Of a stretch of 64,000 bases of DNA, positions 12,650 to 25,115 are shown piece by piece (within the stretch, counting starts at the first letter, position 1; each line of letters starts with the position of its first letter). The stretch is from Mytilus trossulus. Taxonomy: Eukaryota. The notes beneath the pieces were generated by a model. It saw nothing but the letters and a program-made list of their open reading frames with translations, was not told the origin of the DNA and did not search any database. The position numbers and the translations under genes were made by a program. The DNA lies in the NCBI RefSeq assembly GCF_036588685.1, contig NC_086382.1:21266001-21330000 (forward strand), written 5' to 3'.

Positions 12650-13293
12650 TCAGGGTGAAAGAGTTTGGAAATGCACCTCAAATTCCTTTTTCTCTGGTGG
12701 ATAAAACCATTTTGTCATTTGTAAAGTTTCTTCAATGTCTTTCAATTTATCCTTTGTCAATTTTGAGAGGAAGCCACAACTTCCAGACAAAATCTCAATG
12801 TCCTCTTTTCTAAGCTGCAATTGCATCGATAAATAATTAATAGTCATCCAAAGTTGTAGCACAGATGATAGGTTTAATTTTGCAGGATTTTTTCTTATTG
12901 TGTCATCTTCCCATAATGGAATAGGTGGTCCATTATTACGCAAAAGAATATCATTCTTGGAATCGTACAAATAAATATCAAAATGTCTTGCATTGGCAGC
13001 AATAATTGGAACCATGAATGCCGACTGAGTCTGTTCAAGTTTTAATGCTGGTTTTGATACTTTTTGATACATAGAAAATGTTATCGCCATAGATATTATC
13101 CTTTGTACAGTATTTTCTCCACGAAGAGATGAAGTGTCTCCATTTTCTATAAATGTTTTCAGATTTGTGTCAAGATTGTAACTCTCTAACATTAATTCAT
13201 TGTCCTCGCTATCTTCTGGTACTACAATACCACAGACTCCTCCATAGGGAAGCATCATTATATCTGGACTTCCATACCATAAACACTCACTTC
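12650..13293 (-). CDS. Exon 3 (terminal) of uncharacterised 414-aa protein with degenerate PD-(D/E)xK-like core
   Basis: Acceptor tttactttcag before 13293, phase 1; (G)SECLWYGSPDIMM... open to TGA at 12652-12650; AATAAA on the minus strand at ~12603-12608. Confidence 0.8.
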
Positions 13294-13696
13294 CTGAAAG
13301 TAAAATACATTATTCTACCATAAAGGCTCTTGTCTGGTGATATAAAAAATCAAAGAGCAGAATGCTCTGAGGGATACGATTGCCATAGTTTTCATTGACA
13401 CATGTATAGCAGTTCTGCCAAATTTTCATTAAACAAAAGCATGAGATTTGGCCAAAATTGAAAAGATCAAAGAGGAAAAAAATAGATCCAAGAATACTGC
13501 CACAAAAAAGCATGAACATGCGTGAGTCTCAAGCATTTTTGGCCTGTAACCCTGGTATAGCTGGATAGTATTATTCCCATAACTAATTCGACTGCACATG
13601 CAAAATGTAACAATCTGAATAGTCACTCAACTTAAAGAATAGCCAATCCCCGTTACAAGTGTATGAGCCATGTACTTATTGTGTTTCATCGAATTA

Positions 13697-14638
13697 TAGT
13701 TATCCTGTACCATTGTAAACTCGTACCACTAAAAAAACTTGTACCAATGCAAACTCGTACCATTGCTAACTCGTACCAACTTATTTAAATGCATTCAAAT
13801 GGTGAATATACATGATATACTTTACTTTCACCCAATACCTCTTAAGACTGTAAAATGTATATAATTTGAAAGTACAATTAATGACCAATTTGTAGCTAAT
13901 GTTCCTTGTATATTGGATAGAAAATACTTTGGCAGATGTAGATAATTAAAGTATAAACAGTTTCACCGGAAGAAAATTTTTCATGAATAATTAAATCTTA
14001 GCAGTTAAAATGATTGCCAAAATTATTTTTACTGTCTATAAATAACAATGAAATGTAACTGATTCATGTTAAGGGGGTCCGCATTTTCCCCGCAAAAAAA
14101 GCACATGGCTTTCAACAATTGTAAACATAGCATTCAATTTGCGATCATGGATTACAGCTTTAATTAACTTAAATTGGATATATATATATTCAACATGTTT
14201 TAATAAGGTACAGTTAAAGCAATGTTTTAACTTTCCTCTGGATTAAGTTCTACAGTGGCAGATCCAGAACTTTTCCTAAGGGGGAGCCCGCTGACTGACC
14301 TAAGAGGGGGCCCGCTCCAGTCATGCTTCAATGATTCCCTTTATAATCAACCAAATTTTTTCCACGAAAAAGGGGGGGGGGGGGGCTGGATCCGCCTATG
14401 TTCTAGTTTGAAAGATCAGTTAAAACATTAATGCTTTAATACATTTTTATTTTTGTCTAAGTTTTCATTTAACTCCTGTGTAAAATTCAAGTAATTCAAC
14501 TTTATTTCTATTAAGTTTACAAACAGAAACCCATGAAACATCATATTTTTTAATATATTTTTCTGAATGGTACGACTTCCCAGTAGTACAAGTTAACTTT
14601 TTTGGTTCCAATGCCGTGGTACGAGTTAACTTGCTTCC
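13697..14638. mobile_element. Degenerate Mutator-like non-autonomous element with CTCGTACCA subterminal repeats
   Basis: AACTCGTACCA repeats at 13700-13780, inverted TGGTACGAG repeats at 14568-14630, right end AACTTGCTTCC; left boundary and TSD unclear. Confidence 0.55.
14253..14400. mobile_element. MITE with 5-bp TSD (hAT5-like)
   Basis: CAGTGGCAGATCCAG ... CTGGATCCGCCTATG; TSD TTCTA at 14248-52 and 14401-05. Confidence 0.85.
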
Positions 14639-14669
14639 GTATCTTATCACCGTAATTCTAGAAGGAACC

Positions 14670-14754
14670 CTAAACTGGACCCCTGTTGTGTTCACTTATC
14701 GCTACACTGACCTTCGGTGCGAAGCTATATATATAGAACGACGGACCAGTTTAG
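14670..14754. mobile_element. Tiny (~85 bp) MITE-like insertion
   Basis: CTAAACTGG ... CCAGTTTAG flanked by AAGGAACC/GAGGAACC (7/8 match). Confidence 0.5.
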
Positions 14755-15142
14755 GAGGAACCCCATTTCTTTCTCTTTAATTATTGAAGTTCCTTTGGGT
14801 CAGAGGGCAGGACTCCTTTCCGTACACACTCCTCTGTTTACATTGAGATCGTTCTTAATATAATACGACGTTTATCGGCATTAACGAGTTAATTCTTCTT
14901 GACGAATACTTCGAAAAGGGAGACAACTCGAAACGATAATATGGAAGATTCCATTTCTGCTGAAGGGGTGTTATAGGTAATTTTTACGATGAAACATTTA
15001 TTTTAATTTAAATTATGCAACAACAATAGCCCTCCATATGCAGACAGACATAGAAAGAATCCCATGAGTTTCAAATTAATCAATGAAGCGGGGAACCACT
15101 CAATCTGATACCCCTTGAAATCAGGAAAACTACACGCATGTG

Positions 15143-15446
15143 GGGTCTCACTAATTAGCGACAAAAAGCGTCAAGAAGCGACAAGAAGAAAAAAAAAATA
15201 GTGACAAAAAGCAACAAGAAGCTAATTAAACAAGAATACATTTTGTTATCACATACATCAAAATATTTTTTAGGATGATATTGAAAGATGAGAAATAAAA
15301 AAATTTCGAGGAAGAGATTGTGTACTTTTTATTATCATATTGATAGATGAAGAAATTAAACATGTGTAAGAGCAAAGGAAATGTTCTTGTCGCTTCTTGA
15401 CGCTTTTTATCTCTACAATTCTTTTTGTCTCTAATTAGTGAGACCA
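15143..15446. mobile_element. ~300-bp MITE with 8-9 bp TSD
   Basis: GGTCTCACTAATTAG ... CTAATTAGTGAGACC, plus inverted AAAAAGCGTCAAGAAGCGACAAGAA; flanks (A)CGCATGTG/(A)CGCATGGG. Confidence 0.75.
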
Positions 15447-17190
15447 CGCATGGGCATTAATACATAAACAAACCGCGACTTGCGATTTGGAACAAGAACT
15501 TTTATTAAATGATATGATGAATGGTTCTCCATTTCTTTATGAGAGTACAGTATCAAATATCAGTTTCATAACGGTAAAATATAGAAATACTCCACTTCAG
15601 TTCTTGTGACAGAAATAGAATTATCGATCGGCTTTCAGAGAACTCTCGCAAGTTATCAAAATTTGGGAATTCCCTCTGACGTGTTTCTAAATTTATAAAA
15701 ACACTAAATATAAATACTGTTTAATTCTGATTTTCCGTATTGTTAAAAACACGCATATAAGTCAAGGAAAATATCACACATGAAGATTATGAGTAAAACA
15801 TTACAGCAAAGTTGTTTATGTTCAATTGTTTTGCTTGTTTTTACCTTTTAAAGCAAGACAATCATAAGAATCTGAGATGTTGCTGAATGTTTCGAATAAA
15901 ACGAATGACGTGAGGGAGTGCATCATAGGGTCAACGGTAAAAGTCTACAGATTGCTTGACAGCAATCGTATCCCAAAAATGAATTCAAAATTGAAACGTT
16001 AAATCAAAAGAGCATTAGTTTAGGAAGAAAATAGGCTAAAATTATTGATAGATCAGAAGTCCTTTTTGTGGGATTTAGATTAAAAAATGGCAGGACTCAG
16101 ACTTTTAACTAATATTTAACATTGATATTACATTGTAATTGGGTCTAACTTCTAGGCCATTTAGTATCCAGTGGAGAGGTTTTTCCCATTGGCAATTATA
16201 CCTCATCTTATTTTTATTAACTGTTAAATGTTATTTGACTGGAGGCTAAATTCCAAGGCAGTAACATAATTAGGTGCAGACCTAGATTTTTTTTAAATGG
16301 GGGAGGCCTTAATGGCAAAATAACATCAGGAGTGGCACATTTAAATATGTAGCTCTATAAGGAGGCTCCAGGTCCCCACACACTTCTAAATAGAAATATA
16401 GTTTGACATGTTGAAAGTCATGAAACTTCAAATCAAATAAAAAAATGTTTTTTACAACTAAATGGCTAATTTTTATTATAAAACTTATGTACATATTCTG
16501 GTTTCTCAGCAAATTGAAAATACAATAATTTGTCAAAATTTAGAAGAACTCTACTTTTTTTTAATTGTTTGCTTTCAGTGAAACAATTTGCTGATATGTT
16601 TTCTGTATGCTGTTATCTGAGTGTGACCTTTCTATTAAAAAATCGAAAGATCGCAATAAACATGGATCTGTCATTGAAATAAACTTTTATCTTATTGTAC
16701 ATGTTATACTGAATATCCATAATGCTTCTTTGTTGATTGTTTACAAAAGGTGACAATCAGTTAACTACAGCTTCAAAACACGACAATCAATTAGCTGCCA
16801 TGGCCAAATTTTCATATCATATCAGACTGAGAGAAATATTTTTCTTAATGATTATACAATATGCATTCCTTAAAGATGATAAAACGGTGCACAGAAGACT
16901 AAGTTTATGATATATATGTTACAGGCATTTTCTAAATTTAGGCATTTTGTAAAATGCCTGAAAACTTTAGGCATTTTCTATAATGCCTGCAAGATTTAGT
17001 CATTATACATAATGACTAAATTTTCTAGGCATTTTACAAAATGCCTAAAATTATTTTATCGAATAAAATGTTAAGAAAAACAATTGAAAGCTTTGAACAC
17101 CAGAGCTGTTTTATTTATGATAATTACTGAATTAAAAAAGAAGAGCTTTTATAAAAAATAATCCAGAATACATTTTACTGAATTATTACA

Positions 17191-17476
17191 AATAAACTCA
17201 TCATAGATACCAGGACCAACATTTTATATTTACGCCAGACGCGCATTTCGTCTACAAAAGACTCATCAGTGACGCTCGAATAAAAAAAATGAAAGCCAAA
17301 TAAAGTACGAAGTTGAAGAGCATTGAGGACCAAACATTCCTTAAAGATTTGCAAAATACAGCTAAGGTAATCTATTCCTGAGGTAGAAAAGCCTTAGTTT
17401 TTCAAAAATTCAAAGTTTTGCTAACAGTTAATTTATAATTATGAGCATATCTCATTGATAACTCAAGTCAACACAG
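17191..17476 (-). mobile_element. Retrozyme-like repeat nested in the Ginger-like element
   Basis: Reverse complement of the 4990-5216 / 10037-10570 repeat. Confidence 0.75.
17232..17275 (-). ncRNA. Minimal type I hammerhead ribozyme motif (best-preserved copy)
   Basis: Minus strand GCGTCA-CTGATGA-GTC ttttgta GAC-GAAA-T gcgc G-TC-TGGCGT; 6-bp stem I, palindromic GCGC loop III. Confidence 0.8.
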
Positions 17477-17899
17477 TTGACTACAATTCACACAAGCACA
17501 GAACTTGACATTTTTGTTTATTTCCCAAACAGTTTGCACGACAGAACTGTACACAATATTTCACCTGTTTTTAGGCAAATACATTGTTTGGCGTAAAATC
17601 TGATTTAGCATTCCGACCACATTAGGAAAAATCGGGATCATCACACTTTTAATTCTTTCATTACCTTTAATGATATAACACTTAACGTTAGGCAACATAA
17701 GGTTTTGCAATAAGCACACACGTCACCAATGCATATCTTCTTTTTCATATGTTCCCAAAAAAATCAAACTATTTTATCCGCATCTTTTGACTTATAGCTT
17801 TAGACGGACTCAAACAGATCTGCCAATGAAGGGTGATCCCTCTTTTTTTTGAAATGCTGCTCCTCTCAATGCACTGTTATTTTTCTTTTCGTCGTCAAT

Positions 17900-18060
17900 T
17901 TTTAGCTTTCCTAGCCAAAGGACTCAAGTGAGCTAAAATTCCCTTCTGGGCGGCTGTCTTCTGTCTTCGTCTGTTAACTTTTACGAGCATGATATCATAT
18001 GAACTACTAGGTTAAATTTAACCAAACTTGGCCACAATCATCCTTAGAGTATCTTGTATA
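17900..18060 (+). mobile_element. 5' fragment of a HINE-like element
   Basis: TTTTAGCT..GTGAGCT hairpin, degenerate GTC microsatellite and GAACTACTAGG unit similar to 25325-25520. Confidence 0.55.
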
Positions 18061-18709
18061 AAAAAAACAGCAATCCGTCAATTAAAAACGAACTTTTCTC
18101 TACTTCAAATGTTTCACTTTACTGTTTTGAATCTACATTTTCTAAACATGTGATTGTAAATGTTGTTCTATTGACAGAATAATTTGTCTTTTTGCCATTT
18201 TGACAAAATAATCATAAATTCACAGTTGGTATCATAAATACAGAGGAAGTACATGTACGTACTTAACACATGTACATAGTTTCACTAAAAAGAACATATC
18301 ATAAAGCATAAAAAAAAATTCGATCTGGTTTTTGGAGAATAACTTAGTTCTACCGAACTATTAGTTATTTTCTTTGCAAGATATTGTGCTTTTGTCAAAT
18401 TTTGCCATACGCATCTCAATGATATCCTCCTTCTACAAATTGCCTGAAACTCAACAGGCAATTTGTGGAATTTTGCTTCAAAATTTTAGTCATTTTACAA
18501 AATGACTAGGTTTTTTTAGTCATTTTGTATAATGCCTGTCAAGGTTAGGCATTTTCTAAATTGCCTGAAAATTCAGTCATTTTACAAAATGCCTAAATTT
18601 AGAAATTGCCTGTAACATATACATGCATTGGTTCAAGAATAGGATAAACATTATTTTTACCAGTCACTCGTTTCATATGACTACATGTTAACAAAAATAA
18701 ACAAATTAC

Positions 18710-18922
18710 CTATTCCAATATTATCATAAATGATTTCCTCTCCACAGTTCCTGGAACAAGGACAAGTTACAAGATCCAATTTGCTAGTTTTTTTATTCGT
18801 CACAAAATGATTTCTTCCAAAGTTTGCTGTCAGTCTTGAGAACAAGTGATTCACCATAATAACACTAATATGACCTTGATTCTGTAATCGTAAAACAGCT
18901 TGAAGACGGCTTTCATGATAAT
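18710..18922 (-). CDS. Exon 2 of the same uncharacterised gene (CPC-x3-C motif)
   Basis: atttcag acceptor, G|gtaatt donor, 213 nt, phase 1-1; ...NHLFSRL...TCPCSRNCGEEIIYDNIGI(G). Confidence 0.8.
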
Positions 18923-20570
18923 CTGAAATAGAAATAATGTGGTTGTTTCCTACATACACGTTTTAGTTTATTCATTAGACAATGTACAGGATTATACTAT
19001 AGCTGTTAATTTCTGTGTCAATTTGGTCTTTTGTGGTGAGTTGTCTCATTGGCAATCATACCACATCTTCTTTTTTTATATGACCATGGTGACATTCTGC
19101 AGTGTTATTATTTTTTTACTAGTTAAAGTAAATTATTTTGGAGGTAAGTATTATTCCCAAATGACAGTTAGAAAAAAATCTTAATTTCTTATTTTCTTCT
19201 TTTTTCAATTTTTCTCAACTACATATTGTACATTGGTCAATTGGGTGTCTTAGTGTCTGTCATTAATAGGTTTAACATGTTGAAATATAATAGGTACATG
19301 GCCCACTCAAGGAAAACCGGCATCATAGACTATCTTTTTTTCTTGTAAATCCAATCTGAAGTCCATCTTTTAAAAAAAATTGATAAACATCATGATCATA
19401 GAGCAGTTATGAGTGACTCATATAATTTATAAAGGCTAAAAAACTTTTAATTTCAACTTACGAATATAATTGTTATATTGTCATGATTGTTCTATGCATT
19501 TTTAAATATGCATTATATGCAGCTATTTAAATTCTTTATCTCCATGATCTTTATTTTAAGTTATGTATTTTGATTCAGTATGTTTGTGTTGCTATATGTA
19601 AACCAAATCAATTTTATCATGATTATGATGATTATTTTTTAATGAATTACCAGACTAAACAGATCTGGTTTGGCTTGTGGTCCAGGCTCACAGGTATCAT
19701 GTTGGATGTACAAGCTTTATTTATAACGATCTTTATGAACTAACCTGCTTTCTATGTATCATTTTTTAAGTTATAAAAGTACATTTATAATATACTATTA
19801 TTAAGAAGTCACTGACATTACTGATATCATGAGTATTTGCTATTTAAAAAAAAAATTAAAAGTGTTATTTGGAATGGTCATTTCAAGAGTAATTTCGGAT
19901 AATCAGATAATAAAGGTGTTATTTGGCCAAAGGAGGTACCGCTGGCTGACTGTTTGACAGTAGAGCTAGGCAGAATACAAGACAAGTACGAGTATTTGTT
20001 TATTCAATATTAGAACAATGCATTGTGGATAGCACCATTTCTTGTCATATCATGTCATGCATATTATATGGTAGGAAATTCAAATATGTATATTGCCATA
20101 AATATTGAAAATCTTTTCATTCATAAAAAAGACCATTTTAGAAAAACACAGCAATTAAAATAATTCAAACATTATAGCATTGTTAATCACTAGTTGAATT
20201 ATATGAATAACAATCCAATATACATCTTTCGAGTTTTATGCGTTTCCGTCAAAAAGTTCCGTCATTTAGGGGCGTCATCACTTCTGTTCCAATGTTGAGC
20301 AAGTGGTTGGAAAATATATGATGCTATATTGCATGAATTTTTCAGCAAAGTGAATTCTCATAATTGACAAACTAGAAAGTGGTCTATTTGTTCATGTTTA
20401 TATTCATTGTTTATAGAACACCCACATACATAAGTCCATATGCAACTAATTATGACATCCAAAAAGGCTATTATATTTTGAGCTTTCATAAAAGACTCCT
20501 TACAGCGACGAAGTAAGGCATCAAAGCCAAAAAATATAACATCCTTTCATGACGTCATTATTATTTGGAC

Positions 20571-21529
20571 GGTATCAGGTCCGTCAGCGTCCAATACACT
20601 TTCGCACCCTACACATTCGCACCTTGCACGTTCGCACCAAAGGTCCATTCGCACTCTACACATTTGCGCCCAATTTTATTTCAAATTCCAATTGAATAAT
20701 TTGAAAATCATGATTGTTGTTTTATATTGCTTTGGTGTAAGTACTGAATGTATTATAGCTTGGTATGGGTGAAACATTGAAGATTTTAAATGAAAAACAC
20801 AAAAGATAATTGTTTTTAACAGCTTGGTCCCTTTGATCTGAAACAATGAAACAATGAAATATAGCAATACAATATTATGACCAAAACATGATAAAATTTA
20901 TTGAACACACAAAAAAACCATAGTCAGAATCTCACTTCATTTTGAAACAAGTCAATGAAACAAAGTTATAGCAATACACTAACCAAAACTAGCTGCGGAA
21001 CCGTAGCTCATACTGTACTTATGTTATTTCTTGACTATTTGCGGACCATAGATGGTCCGCAAATAGTCAAAAAATAACATAAGGACCTATGAGCTACGGT
21101 TCTGCAGCTAAATCTATGGTCCGCAAATAATCAAAAAATAACATAAGGACCTATGAGCTACAGTTCCGCAGCTAAACTAAAACATGATGAAGAGTTATTC
21201 AACATAAAATAAAACATTGACAGAATTCCACTTTATTTAGAAAGAATTAATTTTTTTTTAACAATACACTATTCAAAATATGATTAAGATTTATTCAACA
21301 CAAAAAAAATGCTTTCTCACTTTATTTTGAGACATTGACAACAATTATACTTATAAGAATACATTTGCAAAAACTTGATTACAAAGTTATTCAACACAAA
21401 ACCAATTAAAATTGGGCGCGAACATGTAGATGCGAACGGATTTTGGGTGCTAACATGTAGGGCGCGAAAGTGAAAGGGGGCGAACATGAGTGGGTGCGAA
21501 CGTGAATTGGCACGAACGGACCCCGATCC
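20571..21529. mobile_element. Mutator-like non-autonomous element with 9-bp TSD
   Basis: Exact TSD TATTTGGAC at 20562-70 and 21530-38; GG..CC termini; TTCGCAC / GTGCGAA subterminal repeats. Confidence 0.9.
20990..21174. mobile_element. Palindromic TAG...CTA element with 3-bp TSD (Academ-like), right arm duplicated
   Basis: TAGCTGCGGAACCGTAGCTCATA..., inverted copies ending CAGCTA at 21110 and 21174; AAC at 20987-89 and 21175-77. Confidence 0.75.
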
Positions 21530-21667
21530 TATTTGGACTGACACATATATATATGCAGTTATTCAGTCCTTTTTAGCACCAAAAAGAGGTTCATGGATTG
21601 GATTATACCTGGCTGTACTGAAAGAAGGGTTTGGCCAGGTTGAATGAAAGTAAAATTTGATACTAAC

Positions 21668-22055
21668 CTTTTCTATATAAAAACCCAGAAACAAGTGTTT
21701 CAGTTGCATATGAGAGCAAGGATGAATCAATGTGTCTTTTATCAATTTTCTTTTGTAAAGCATCAAATCCGCTGTGGAACAATGATTTGAATGGAATCAG
21801 ATATGGTTTCACACTTCTCGGGCATGTATCATTGTTTGTTATTGTTTGTGAATTTCGAAAATACTGATCAACATCCAAATAAGCATGTGTAAAATTCGTC
21901 CCTAATATGAAATCCTTCAGGCGAAGAGGCATAAACCATATATCTCTGTATCCATCCAAAGAATTCTTCATAATTTTCCATATTTGTTTATCATGACATG
22001 TCGAATAATTTCTATGATATCCTATAAAGACTTGACGGGGTAGAAAACTTCTCAT
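21668..22055 (-). CDS. Exon 1 (first coding exon) of the same uncharacterised gene; start codon uncertain
   Basis: Open frame MRSFLPRQVF...GFLYRK with phase-1 donor G|gttagt; 388+213+644 = 1245 nt = 414 aa + stop. Another in-frame ATG lies at 22133. Confidence 0.65.
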
Positions 22056-22180
22056 TCTTGAAAAGATATGTTTTGTGAGAGGGAAAGAAACGAGTATGGT
22101 TGTTCTTATTCGTGTAAAGTATTTGCACCGCATCGAACTGGTGCACCTCCGATATCTATAGGGCCATAGGAGCAAGAGTT

Positions 22181-23052
22181 GAATTAGGAAGATTGCCTAT
22201 AGAATGTTTTATTAAAACACAAACCCTTTTATATTTAGCTAGACTATATAATACTAATATTAATCCATTGTTAAAGGAAGCTTTTTCTCTAGCACAGTCT
22301 CTAGATTTGACAGGAACTTAGCGTCATGGTATACATATGCTAAAAATATTGTTAAAGAGACTAACGTTGACCTTAATATTCTTTCTACTTGTAAGGACAT
22401 AACAGATGTAAATAAAATAAAAAACGATATAAAGTTAAAAATGAAAAATAGATATGAAGATTTAATTCAAAATAAATTTCAAAACATCGATGATAAAAGT
22501 AATTTTTTTCTCTATAAAAAACTTAAAAAAGATTACAAACTAGAATATTATCTAAATACATCTAATTTTCAGATAAGGAGATTAGTCACTAAATTTAGAA
22601 TAAGTGATACCTCCCTCTTGATTGAAAAGGGGAGATATTTTAAAATCCCAAGTTGAAGAGAGGAACGTCTTTGCCATAAATGTAAAATACAAGAGGATGA
22701 GAAACATTTTTTACTATATTGTGAGTATAATAAAACTCTAAGAAATGCATTTTTTCATCAAATATGTGCAGAAAATAATAACTTTCATAATTTAAATGAA
22801 GAAGAAAAAAATCATTACTTACTAAATCCATCATCGCCTTTACAAACAAATAAGTTAGGATCCTTCTTGAAAAAGTCATTAGAACTGAGGGCAGGGGACT
22901 CTTAACAACTTGTTTGTTGTTATAAATTTTAATGCTGTTGATATTTTGTATGTTTAATATGTATGTATATATGTTTATTGTGTTTATTGTATTAATATAT
23001 GTTGGTCACAAACTGTAAAGTTTATATGACAATAAAATATTTGATTTGATTT
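22181..23052 (+). mobile_element. 3' end of a non-LTR retrotransposon (RTE-X/CR1-group-like), frameshifted
   Basis: ELGRLP..., TKFRISDTSLLIEKGRY, RLCHKC..EDEKHFLLYC zinc knuckle, stop 22903-05, AATAAA at 23031, (TTTGA)n tail. Confidence 0.8.
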
Positions 23053-23461
23053 ATATGGTATCGGACCCGTTTGCCCTTATTACAGGTTCGCCCTGGGAAT
23101 CTTTTTGCCCTAGGGATCTGTTCGCCCTGAGTTAGTTCCCCAATAGAGCCAGTTTGCCCTGGTTAAGAAGGTTTTTCGGTAATTCTATGAAAGATGTTTA
23201 TTCTCTATGACTCGAATGGCTATTACTAATGTTACCTTTTTGATTGAGAATTTTTAAAAGAGGATCTTTATTATTCTTTTTTATATGCACACTCAGATAT
23301 ATCTCAGTTAACATTTTATGCATCATCAAAATAATATTCATTGTTGATTCAGAAAACTACTTATACTTGAGGTTTTGTATTTTAGTGGATAAAATTGGCA
23401 TTGTGCACTTCTCTTTCAAGTACGGGACTTATGTTGAAAGCAAAGAACAGACAGGTAGAGT

Positions 23462-24004
23462 TATCTTCGCTAGCCAAGGGTTACGATCCACTCCCGCTCT
23501 CTTCACCCTTGGCGGATTGAGATAGCATTTCGGAGACACAAGGTAAGGATTTTTATTGGTTGCAGTCAAAACTCACTGCATCCAATCAAAATGCGCCTAT
23601 AACATGATCACGTGTAAATGTAGAAAGTGTTTGTAAACAATTGCCACGTGTTTTTTGTGCAACAAGCCTTTAAATACCTAAACATACGACTATATTTAGT
23701 GAAAACTTGAATGTTTTTAATCAACAAATAGAAGTTCCTGTGTATGTTTCATGCACAAATGCATGAATGTTGACGTATGCTTCTATTTCCGGCTTTACCA
23801 AGTGTGTAGAATCTAGACGCTACCGTGTTTTTACCTCCAAATTGAAGAGTTCAAGTGCTACCATTGGTCAAGACTAATGTATTCAGAATTGGCGTGATTT
23901 TTATCTTCCGATAGATGGCGCAACATTGTTATCACAAATGTTGGCTCAATCCGCCAAGGGTGAAGAGAGCGGGAGTGGATCGTAACCCTTGGCTAGCGAA
24001 GATG
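23462..24004. mobile_element. Young MITE with 59-bp perfect TIRs and 9-bp TSD
   Basis: 23463-23521 is the exact reverse complement of 23945-24003; TSD AGGTAGAGT at 23453-61 and 24005-13. Confidence 0.92.
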
Positions 24005-25115
24005 AGGTAGAGTATGAGTCTGGCTACAACGGAATAATGTCCAAATACAAATTTGAAATCATTGGAAAAAAAATATTTTATCTGTAGTACGTATCAGATG
24101 CATATCCTCGATATTGTTTGTGGGAGATGCTTCATTAGAATAGGTTTCTGTTACCTAGTTTTCTCATTGGAAATCATATGCCACAAACAATAGGCACAAT
24201 ATTAGTTATCAGCCACTCACGACTACAGCGCAAACTCTGTGTGATGTCTAATGACTTTGCTTTCAGAATAAATGAGTATAGTTTTACATAATTCATTTAG
24301 TATTTCATATTCCCAAATTTTTGATGACTTTTCTTTAAAATTTCTCCTCTTTAAGGTTTGGTGACCGACGTTTTAATTTCATATGGTTTTAATACAAATA
24401 CATTCTATTGGATATTAAAAAAAGTATCTTGGCTGTCTTCTATCGTATCATTTTTCAATTTCAGACTATTTAAAAAAAAAAGTGATTGAAACATATATGC
24501 AATCATAGACACCTTAGAGTCATGTAAAGCAAATGTTGCGGGTTTTGCAAAGACTTTCACTCTAAAAACAATTATCGATTAGGTGCTGGTTAGCAATACG
24601 ATTGATCGCTATGTCTACTATGTTTCTGATAGCCAAATCATTAACAGTGAACGATGTAGAACTGTTCCGCTACTATTGAGTCTTTAGAATGGTAACGAAT
24701 CTTGTATTTTTCTGCGTTGCAACTTCTTCTATGACATCTACCCTGAGAAACAGGGATCGTACATCGACTGTAGGACAGAATGATTTTATAGCAGCCAGTT
24801 GAGTACTTTGGGATGGTAAACAGTTATAACGAATATTCTGTGTTGGGGAAACATTATCCTTGGTTTTTTGGTTACCGTCTAGAGAAAAATATGTACCTTC
24901 TTATCGTACATATCGTACACATAAATATGTTCCGGACCATATGAACATATACTGATTTGTCCATTAAGTGATTTGTCCCCTACCATCATTAGGTAGCACT
25001 CTACAGATAGAAAATAAAATATAAAATTAGCCACAAATGTTTTATCAACTTCTTTTCCATTTTTTCGTAAAATCTAATCACAAAGTTCGTGCGACAAAAA
25101 GTTGGAAAAAAAACC

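Larger units (their letters stand above)
16917..18617. mobile_element. Non-autonomous element with TGT...ACA termini and TATA flanks (Ginger-like), palindromic subterminal repeats
   Basis: TGTTACAGGCA / TGCCTGTAACA; TATA on both sides; repeated TAGGCATTTT..AAATGCCT units at both ends; carries nested insertions. Confidence 0.75.

Noticed and set aside
23057-23165. Left end of a MULE-like element (GGTATCGG, TTCGCCC repeats)
   Set aside because: No matching right end or TSD found
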